Positions 53,740 to 64,000 of a DNA stretch of 64,000 nucleotides are shown in pieces. Numbering within the stretch: the stretch's first letter is position 1; every line of letters starts with the position of its first letter. This DNA comes from Dicyema japonicum (Eukaryota > Animalia > Dicyemida). Below the pieces are notes generated by a model. That model did no database searches. It was not told the origin of the DNA and saw only the letters and a program-made list of their open reading frames with translations. The translations under genes were made by a program, and so were the position numbers. Where the stretch lies: contig RDEW01000035.1 in assembly GCA_011109175.1 (NCBI GenBank), positions 448,902-512,901 of the forward strand, written 5' to 3'.

Positions 53740-54180
53740 GTTCTTTCGAATTAAAGAAAAAGGTGACTAACAAGAACGTCACAGCCAAGAGTGGAAGTTC
53801 CCAGGGATCCAACAGGTGTATTTAGTTCTTTGCGGTACTCGGAGGTGGACCCGGACAAGAGAAGAAGTGGCTCGCCTTCTTTCGTCAAGAAAGCATAATG
53901 GGCAAGTGGAGAGGACGATTGTTTGATTCCGTGCAGATACAAATTTAAATCAACGTGGTGATCACAAGATAGGCGCGTCAAGTCGATCAAACTTCACTTC
54001 CGTCAACAATAGGTGGAATAAGTCCCAGAAGCTTGTTATACGAATGCTTCTGATGGCTTTAGCGGATATCCAGTCATGGATTGTTTTCTGTCGTGACTGA
54101 GAGGGTTCAGTCTCTGGGATGGTTCGCAAAATCCGAATTTGATAATTATCTTTTTTTACGCGGAGGCCCATAGGTAGTGA
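53740..54180 (-). mobile_element. LINE 3' fragment
   Basis: RT-thumb-like peptide; ends CCAGGGTTAAATA like other LINE tails in the window. Confidence 0.45.
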
Positions 54181-54879
54181 GCTAGATTTCTAGACGTTTA
54201 ACACTTGGAAAATATCTCCCATATTTAAAAATCAGTATATGAATCCTCTTCGATTTGGAGACGACATGATAATGACTCACAGTAGCACAAAACCAGACAT
54301 CTCAAGTCGCGTTGATTTGTTTTTTAAAACTAAACTTAAATAAATGTAATAGTAAAATAAAAGCATGCAGATATAGGTGAGCCACGGACTACCTGGGATC
54401 TCTTGCTATCTTTTTCTCAGCATGTTAAGAACGTTCTGGCAAAAGGCTTCCGGAAACTCGACATCATAAAATCATTTTTAAACTCAGCCTTCACGAGAAT
54501 GCGTTTCCGTTTTATTTAGTCAGTTCTTTAAGCTGACGGTGGGTATGCCTTATAGAATTTCAAATTCAAACTTTTAACAGATTAATTCTCTAAGAGAAAA
54601 ATGGTCCATTTAACTAATTTCTCTGCTCAACTATTCCCCATTACTCGACCGTACGACACCCGTTCATCACTGCGGCTCCAAATCTGATCGCTTCTATAAA
54701 TCATATTAGAAGTCGCCAAACACTTAAATTGAGAGGAAAACCCACACCTCTCCAAATTTAAGAGAAAAAAAGCGTAGTAGAATAGAAGTGGAGTGAGAAC
54801 GCTGTCTTAGAAAAAATTTTGCTACTATTGATTTTTTATTTGACTAAAGCCGTTGTTATTTAGTCATACCATTTGTCAT

Positions 54880-55180
54880 CGTTTTGCTTTTTCATGTCCT
54901 CACTCTTTCTAATAGCGAACACGGTTTCTTCATTTTTTTCGAGGATTCAACTTTTATGTTTACTTGTATGCAAGAAAGTCGATTATTTAAAAAGTTTCCC
55001 TCCCCAATCGGATTTTTCTGCAGGAATGAGAAAAAGCTTTTTCATATGGTAGTTGTAACAATGAAGACCACAGACGTGGATGCCGCAGTTGATTACGGGA
55101 ACTGGAATTACCTAACTGTTTGACGTTTTTTTCTTTTTCTTTCTCGGTGATCCCGAGGTTCTAAATAATAATAACAAAAA
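54880..55180 (+). mobile_element. LINE 3' end fragment
   Basis: Ends ..GTGIT* with a stem-loop and (TAA)n tail. Confidence 0.7.
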
Positions 55181-55994
55181 TTTTTAAGGATTCGACAAAA
55201 ATCTTAAAATCCTGTAAACAAGTCTTTCATTAATGTGGTGGTAAGCATACCATATTTACTCATTGATGTTATAACTGACATATTTATGATTATTATGGCT
55301 CCTACTAGAATGTAGGAAGAGGATCCTGAAACAGCTCTTCCACTTCTTGGTATTGAGGATACTTAAAATCCGACCTCATTATTAGTTTTAAGATGTTACT
55401 TTATCAAAAAATACTGGAAATTTTTTTTGTTCTCTCTGTGGAAAGACTAGCTTTGTGAGGTAGTGTGGGTTGACAATCAAAGTCATGAGTCAACAAACCA
55501 TATTAAGTCCTGCCAATTCTCTCAACAGCATTCGTGAATCTTAATGTTTTTGATTTTTGGAAAACTCAATATGAGTTCCATATCGTCCAAAATTAGAAAA
55601 GTGGTCCTTTTTCATCATTACTACTTACCCCTTCATGGAAGATTCGAAATAATATCCCCAAACATAATAAAAAGTTATTTTAAAATGGGAAGCAGAAAAT
55701 ACACACTAAATTAATAGACGAGGCACATTAGAAGTTTTTAGCTGGAAATTCGCATGCTGGTTGAAAACCCCTTATAAGTCTGTTATGTATAAAAAACTAA
55801 GAATGTCTCAAACAAACTAAGTGATTTTAACTTCTAGTGTCACGAATTTCTTCGGAGGAACTCAATTGGAGTGAACTTCTCCAAAACTGATCGGAATCCT
55901 TTGGCATAAACAACCCTCCCCAAATGGGTCCCTTAGTTCTGACCAACACATATTAACCTCTACCATTGCCCCTAGACGTGACCCCCACGCGGAC

Positions 55995-56140
55995 ATAACA
56001 CTAGAGGACCACGTTACACAAACTAACTAATCACGTGATCCCACCACGCTCTAGCAGGGACCTCATTTTGGCCCGATGATCCTCCCTCGACCCCACACAA
56101 GCACGTATCGGTCGAGTGACTTGACCTACGCAGTCACAAC
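55995..56140 (-). mobile_element. LINE 3' end fragment
   Basis: Homologous to 12280-12430. Confidence 0.7.
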
Positions 56141-56409
56141 GGCGCGTTCCATGGTTCATTCTAATCAAGGCTTCAAGAGGCATTGGCGGCTAGAGCTTTC
56201 CAGAAATCTGGCGTTTCGTGATTTTAGGCTCTTTTCCGGATACATATGTCAAAAATTAGCATAATTATGAATAATATTAAAAATAAATTAACAAAGAAAA
56301 AAATTAATTAAAAAAGAATCATTATTCAAAAGGCTGAGATTCCTCGAGTCTGTCGAGATTTGAAAATTCCCATTTATCGCTAATCCCCCTAAATATAGTT
56401 AAACATAAA

Positions 56410-57179
56410 CTACTCTTCATCATTTATTTCCAACTTGAGGGATATTTTCTTAAACTCATAGTAAAATGTCCCAACATAGATGAATGTGACAATAAACACC
56501 CCCACTCAAAAATTCCCCCAATGTTAGAAATTGTCTAAAATTAACTCAAAATTACGTTATTTGGGTATTTTTTGAACAAAAGTTGAAAAAATAAATCTAT
56601 AGGTTAATTCAAGGCAAACAGATCATGAAGAAGTTGGAGCTCAAGACAACCAAAACCAGTCTGAGTCGTTTCACAAACTTATTCTTATACATTGGATGAA
56701 GGGCCCGGGTTACTAGGAAGAGTAAAATAATGTCAATGACATTCCCGATGAAGCCAATGATTGCCCCGATTAAGTGGAATCGTGGAAATGCGTCGAGCTC
56801 ACCAATAAACACTAAAGTACCTGAAAATTTGAGGGAATCAAAAATCCAAGTACTGTTAAGACGGAGACCACAAAGGCGACGTTGTTAATTTTCTGGCTTT
56901 TCCTAGCCTGAAACAACTTTCGGCGGTTGTCTGCCAGCAAAACGAGGAGAATCAACAGGACTAGCATATTAAACCATAAAGACTTTGTATAAACGAAACT
57001 GTAAAAAATAGAGAAAAATAGGAGCTCTCTGGGCGGTTATTAGCCACTTCACTGATATAGGGAATTATGGAAAATGATTTTTGGTCATTGATAGTCCAGA
57101 CTACGAGAGTTACGAGAATTCCTGAGAATCCCCACATAATTATGAATATTATTAAATAATGAAGCTTTTTTATTAACAT
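56410..57179 (-). CDS. DRAM/TMEM150-family membrane protein
   Basis: PYISEVANNRPESSYF, FHLIGAIIGF and IFEW..TFYYEFKKISL; micro-introns; one -1 indel at 56499-56503. Confidence 0.85.
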
Positions 57180-58399
57180 CTGATTTTATAATAAATAGGT
57201 TAATAACAAATATTTATTAACTAATTTAAAAATTTTATTTTTTTATAAAATTTTCACAAAATAATAATAAAACTATTATTCCTGGTGGGGTCGAGGAAGG
57301 AGTATGGGGCTAAGTTGAGATCTCTGCTTGACCTTCTGGTATCAAGTGATTAATTATTTTTGTGCTACAGTGGTCTTTGGTATTTTTATAGCTCTTTGTT
57401 TCTATTAATTTATGCCGGCCTGACTGCGTGCCAAAAATGGAAGGCTGATATGATTAAAAAAGTTGATCAATGAAAATGAGTTAATTTAATTTTTTATGAA
57501 GACTTTCTGCTGATGAAAAGCCAATGGCGTGTCATGATTGTAGACAGTTAGTTACAAGGGGGAACGGGGATTAGGTATTTTGTGCGTAAGATTATCCCGA
57601 GAAGGATATATCTGTGTATGCGTCACGGAAGAATTTTCATATGTTAATTCAAACTTAGCATTGAATCGGAGATCACTTTACACTTATAATTGAATCGGAT
57701 TCGTTATAGGGTTTCCGCACCAATTGCGTCACATTTCTATTCAATAGCAGATAAAATTTTTTTTAAGGGTAAAAACAAAAAAACCAAAAAATTGTGATGT
57801 GGCCGACGGTTATGAAGATCTATCTTGAACATTTGTTTAGAGTAATAGCCGAGTGACCATATACACAACACTTGTGTTTCTGTTCTGTGTTAAGTTTTGT
57901 TTTATTTTCACCACCACGAAAACTCGTAGTAAGAACACCCTGTTAAAAAATTCAAAAATAATTTTTGAAAACTAGTTAGTGGAAGATTAATCACCGAGAA
58001 ATAGTCATATTGCCACGACCACTTTTGTCTTGTTCGATTATCAACTTTCTCAACTCGTCAGCAATGCTGAAAAAAAACCAAACCTTGCTTTCCTATGAAG
58101 ACGACATTGTGGTCGCATTGAGGGATGAAAATTTAATAAATGCTGTCACTTCATTTTTTGTCAACTTTTTATACCTTTAGATCGACAATTTAATTTTTTT
58201 ATTTAATTGACTTTTTAAGGTCATTTTTTGATTTTAAATAACATGAAAATAAAATCTTTCAGAAAAAAACCCAAAAATCTTGGCTGTAATCTTCAAAATC
58301 CATTTAACTTTTTTCCCGCATGTCGAGAATGTGATCTTAACTTGCAAGAAGAAGCTTGAAGGCTCTTTTGTGGACCTTCAAAGGACTGAATCGATTGGA

Positions 58400-58740
58400 T
58401 GTTCTTTACCGACAATACATTGAACCTATAGAGTTATGTTTGTATTGTTTGGGGAAGAAACCAGGTACTTAAAAATATAATGTTCAAGCAAAAGCAAAAA
58501 ATGCTGAATCCCTTATCAAGGAACGTTGAACTCAGAAGCTTTGAAGAATTCGTCAAGGCGCTTGGAGCAGATTTTGTGAAAAAAACCTGTCAAAAGGGAC
58601 CTTCGTCTTATACGAAAATGTGTCGGAACGCAGTCTAAACGCCAGGACAAATGCGAAGATTGTTGAGGGAGGCAGGGATCACCTATAATAATTTTTCTTT
58701 TTCTTTGGTAACGGTGATTACTGGTTTATAAATAAATTAT
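58400..58740 (+). mobile_element. LINE 3' end fragment related to the tail of SINE copy A
   Basis: GGAACGCAGTC..TGCGAAGATTGTTGAGGGAGGCAGGGATCACC aligns with 9670-9728. Confidence 0.7.
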
Positions 58741-61468
58741 TTCCAGGTATAGCTCTCATTCAGCCTTCTCTTTTCTCGGTTGTCAAAGAATCGTCAAGGA
58801 TTCGACTTGGACAATCTTGGAGATGAAAATAATCAACGTAGCAACATGACGTGCAGCCACAATTATATTAATTTAAGTGTACTTATCTGTCATGAAAACT
58901 GAGAATAGAAAAGATCCCGGATTTAGTAAATCTGGTCCCCGACTTACAGAGGTTGAAAATTTGCTTTTGCAAAACAAAGCACAACTAATACTTCGAATGC
59001 GTTTGCGTGGAGTCTTTAGACGTTTCTAATGATGTTCTCTCTTGATTGGAGAATCACATCCTTGAGACATTTTGCTAGCTCTTTGAGTAGTAAGCCTTTG
59101 TAAATTATCCTCCTGTTCTTTAGTGACTTCATTCATTTATCCTTCCCCAATAACAAATCTCCTTCCCGGTTTATTAAATTAGTGTTTCAAGGTTTTTGAG
59201 ATATTTTCTTAAGTTTGACCGTTTTTCGATAATCTTTCTTTGAAGGAACATGCAGCCTTCTTACAATTTAATGTCCTCTTACATTATTCTGTAGGATAGT
59301 GCACTGACCAAATTCTTCGATTTCCAATTCGTCGAAAAAACCATTATTTTTTCCTGATGAAAATCTAGTGGTTCATGACTAGAGTTAGTCTATCCCTTTT
59401 ATCGAAATAAGTCCGAGTAAGGCAATGTTAGCGAAGGTGAATGTATGGTCGGGAGATGTTGTACTGTCATTGGCTCTTTAATTCGTTCCTCTATTCGTCA
59501 ATGAGTCGTTTAAAATTATTCCTCACTTCCAATAATTTCCACCCTCATGTCTTCTTGTTGATTCTTAAACCAGGCCGGATGCTTCCCGTTCGGAATTTTT
59601 GAGATCCGCACGAGAGAATATCTTGGATAACGTTCCTGGAGGAGTATGTAAATATTCACATCGTGACGACTCCAATGTTCTTCGGACAGTACCTCGTTAT
59701 CATATCTGATGTTCACTGTATAAAAGACCCTCTTCCTGGTAAGGAATATAAACCTGATCAACTAAATAGAACTTAGCGTACACATTTATGATGGTGGATA
59801 TCTCAATTTTAAGGTCGACTGAACCTAGATCCTTCCAACATCACTTGTCTCGGATAAAACAAATAATATAAGTATAAAATTTCCATGATGTACAATTTGG
59901 TATTACTATTACTCCGACTACAAAGGAGCACGTAATTTTGAAGTGAGCTTACGACATTTTGAATTTTGTTAATTCATACTCATTCGTGAAGTGTCTTAGT
60001 AATTCCAACAACTCAGAATCATTCGAGTGGGAAATAAGCCTGTCTGAGAGACTCTTCACGTTCGTGCAAATCATCACATCTAGAAACAAATAATTTCTAA
60101 AGATCCGGGATTTTTAGACAAATTCTCAAGGCTACTACATTTTCAATAACTCTGGATATATTTAAATATGTTTTATCCGGCTACCAAGGTTGGATAGGGA
60201 TGTATTTTTTCTCAGTATCCTTTCCAAGTATTCACAATTATGGGAACCCCTCCACTACAGTAATGAAGAGAAGGATCCTTTTTGATGCCGTCTAGCTACA
60301 AGTGACTAATCACTACGTACCTGTTCATTCTATTTAGGTGACATCCCACGAAAAGATTTTTGTCTTTGGATCCCTTTTTATGAGAACCACGTATTTTTTC
60401 TCATTACTCTGATTACTCTTCTTTGAGGACGTGAGGAATGAATAAGATTGGTCGTCTTCCTGATGAATTCAAGCGAATCTAGATTAATGGATAAATAAAT
60501 TTAATCCTCTGGAATCCCTAACTCGTAAAAACCGTCATAAAGTTAATTTGGTCCTTCTTCCAAATACCGACTTTGCGAACTGATACTCAAACCATCCCGT
60601 GATTAGTTTTTTTGGTTTTACGCGGTTCTTGGATTTTTTATTTCATTTTTTTAATGTTGTAATTTTTATTATAAAAAGTCCCATATAATTGGTTATTTTA
60701 AATTATTTGTTGTTGGTTGACATGAAGCATGGGTCGGGAGACGCCTCAGTGAAGGAGACGATGTGGATGGACTATGGGAGCTTGCTTATGACAAGGAAAG
60801 TGGAGAAATATGACTGTTGTTAATTTCTCAAGTTGCACGTGCTTTTCTCATTACCAAGATCGTAAATTCGAACGAAAATTAATTTTTGTGAATTTTTAGT
60901 TACAATTTTAAATTCGACGTTATTTAATAAACTTGATGTTGTTTTCCATTTTGTAATAGAAAAATAACTTTTAACTAATTAATTCTGAGTTGTTGAAATT
61001 AATTAATTAAAAAATTATTGACAGAAAATCAAGATTCCATATACTTCTTAATTCCGCATAAATCGTTACTGAAATACATTTTGAATATGCTACCAGCCTC
61101 TTCTACTGCAAAATAAGTTTCTTCTGCCCACTTTTTAATTTATACATCAATAATAACTGATAATTTGCTATGTGGTTCATTTCGATAGATTGCCTCCAAG
61201 CATCTTTCAATTTAAATTCAATTTTCGTCAAAACTCAGTTATTTTTTGCTTAAAAAAATTTTACAATAATATTCAACAATTCCTTCTGGTCATTAGGTAA
61301 ATAGTCAATTTCAATAAATTTTTATCTTTAGCAAGAAGAAGATCAACATCGTTAAAATATCTCTGATTTTTAGATAACAGTTGTTAAGTTTTGAAAATGT
61401 TTAACTTATGCAAGAAAATCATATTCGACTAAGCATTAGTAACCTTGTTGATCATAGAGTCTGTAGAT

Positions 61469-63556
61469 CAGTGTTTCTTAACGTGGTCCCCAGAAATATT
61501 TTTAGGTCAATTAATTTTTATGACTAAAAAAATTATTTAATTTTTGTTATTTATTTTCATTAGAATATTTAATTAATTTTATTCCACGTGTTTTTTTGTT
61601 ATTTGATTGTAATGGTTAATTATCACAACTCTTCAATCTCTACATATACCACCTGCCACAAACCTTTAATGAAAACTGTCTAATCTCTCCTAAGCCAACG
61701 ACATCATTCTTGCTCCAAGAACAGAAGCATTCAATCAGCGACTCAGTCCGCTCAACAAATGCTTGACAAGCTGGAACTATGGCTCTCGAAGCGAAGACTC
61801 GACACATCAGCAGCAAAGTCCTTTGTCACACTGTTTACCACCTACAAAAGACAGCTCTGTATCGAACCAAAAGTCTTTATGAAGAACGAAGCTATCTCTA
61901 TTAACAAAACACCGAAGATTCTGGAGTAACCTTTGATCAGGGACTCACCTTTATCCGGCATGTTGAAAACAACGTAACTTCTGCTCTGAAGAAAATGAGA
62001 ATTTTAAAAGTGCTCTCAAAAACACTTAGAGACCAAACTGGTGGCCTTGCCACAATTTATGAACAATTTATCCGACCAACGATGACACATGCAAGTCCTT
62101 CATGGCCAATACAGATCTCCCTCATTGAAACTATCCGCAATCGAGGAGACTGCAATAAGGTTAATTGGACCAGAACACAAAATCCAACCCATTGAAAACC
62201 TCTTAATCGAATACAACGGAAACTCTTAAAGGAGGCTAGTCTACCGAGCTGCCCTCTATTCCATACACTATCGAAATATCTACAATCATACAGAAATTTT
62301 GAGCCGATGCCATGTCCAATGAGAAGAGCTGTTCAGGATTCTCAACCCCGCCGGACTCGTCCTCTCCCTTGTCGGTCTGGGATCACTTAGTTAGATGAGA
62401 ACTTTTATTTCTTTTTCTTTGACCCAGTGATCCTGGGGGTAATAATAATAATAATGGTTAATCGCAAATGGATTGATTCTTATGTCCAATATGGATTTAC
62501 CCAATATACTGGATCTGACAACGTCGATAAAGCGCAGTGTATAAATGCGACGTCATAATGGGAAACATCTCTTTGAAGCCGTCACAATTAAAAAAGACAT
62601 AAGGAAAAAACTCACCCACAAAATGTTGACACTGTCGAAAGTTTTATAGCAAAAAGAACTAAATATAATAAATCTGGAAAACTTAGTAATTTCGGATTTA
62701 GACCTTCATATGAGGTATTAATAATTGAAGCATTTATTTTGGATATCCCTAATTATTGCCAAAAACAAAGTATCTCACTCTTCTGGAGAAAATTTAATAA
62801 AACCTGCCGACAATGGCAAGAATATTGCTCGATAAAGATGCCGTACAAAAATTTAAAAATGTACCTTTATCTAATGACACGAATCGAATACGAGACATGT
62901 TTTGTAATGTTTTGGAACAACTCGTTATGAAAATAAAGCCATGCAGAATTAGTATACAATTGGATGAATCTACCGATATAACATATATAAATCAGTTGGT
63001 TGCATTTGTTCGTTTTGTCGACATGGAATCTATTTATGACGAGCTTTTATTTTGTTTGGAATTAACTGCAAGAACAACAGCTAATGGTATTTTTGATTTG
63101 TTTTCTGGTTTCTTACGTGACAATTGTATTCACTGGGATAAAGTTGGATCTATTTGTACAGATGGGTCACCAGTTTTGCAAGTTGACATTTAATTCGCTT
63201 TCGATTATGGAATTCTGTTATTAATGAATATCCAATCTTAAGTAAAAATGCACTGGAAGTGATAATTCCTTTCCAACCACTTATTTATGTGAAATGGCAA
63301 TGTCTTGTTATTCTGAAAAATAAAGTTCGCAACCGATTTAAAGTGGAAGACGATATGAGAATGGCACTTACCAACATTGTACCAAAAATTGAACAGCTAG
63401 TTTCTGAAAAGCAGGATAAAAAATCATACTAACTCTAAATAATATGATTTTTTAATTTTGTTAGTTTTTTTATTAAATTGTTTTGTCACATGTGGTCCCC
63501 AGAAAAATTCAACAGACTAAAGTGATCCCCGGTCAAAAAAAGGTTAAGAAACACTG
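61469..63556 (+). mobile_element. hAT (Buster/Charlie-like) transposon with broken transposase
   Basis: 8-bp TSD CTGTAGAT at 61461-68 and 63557-64; TIR CAGTGTTTCTTAAC; peptides SIQLDESTD, LVAFVRFV and SICTDG. Confidence 0.93.
61621..62451 (+). mobile_element. 5'-truncated LINE inserted at the hAT transposase start
   Basis: 11-bp TSD TAATGGTTAAT at 61610-20 and 62452-62; LGVTFD and YEQFIRP motifs; stem-loop and (TAA)n tail. Confidence 0.9.
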
Positions 63557-64000
63557 CTGTAGATGGAATGAGAAAATCACAATGACACCGTGAAATGGTA
63601 TTAAAATGATAAACATGTTAGTTTGAAATGTTTCTTAGACGAAATATCCAACAAAAAGCCGTTTTTAGAAAATTCGTGAGTTTATAGAAAATTCGGATAT
63701 ATTCCTTCCTGGTTGAACGGGCATATCAGTTGACACGTTAGTATTTTTATTCGAAAACTCGTAAAATTAAAAAATCAATTATCAATAAAATTTTTGACTT
63801 TATTGACCTAAAATTAAGTTTTTACTTTTTTGAATTTATAATTTTTGATTTATATAATATTTTTGATTAAAAATTACATTTTATAAGTTTTGAACAATTT
63901 TAAAGACCATATGACTTTTTGACTTTATTGACAAAAATCGGTAATCAGTAAGAACTGAGGGCGAGCACGTATAAATATAAGGATTCTAAGCTCTATACAT

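Overview
AT-rich eukaryotic nuclear DNA from a metazoan with a highly reduced gene structure. The evidence is CELSR/Flamingo-like and ASPP genes, very divergent proteins, and GT-AG introns almost all 20-28 nt long. A myxozoan or dicyemid-type parasite is the best inference, but the species cannot be determined from sequence alone. Tight islands of host genes sit among decayed and nested transposons. Host genes: HECTD1-like, ASPP, SPO11, an unknown gene, a miniature CELSR-like adhesion GPCR, a Y-box protein, ABHD4-like, RABL3-like, LIN37, importin alpha and DRAM/TMEM150-like. Transposons: I/Jockey-like, RTE, R4-like and CRE-like LINEs, plus MULE, Tc1/IS630, pogo, hAT, integrase and Helitron-like DNA elements. 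Main unexplained structures: (1) a covarying stem-loop that joins the last ORF2 codons to the end of the 3' UTR in at least 14 divergent LINE/SINE ends; (2) an apparently unnamed ~300-350 bp SINE-like family (4 copies, one with a 12-bp TSD) using that tail; (3) an RTE whose 3' end is repeated at its 5' end; (4) a Flamingo-like gene with one cadherin repeat and a non-canonical GPS; (5) uniform micro-introns in a transposon-rich genome. All gene models were assembled by eye, so internal boundaries are approximate.
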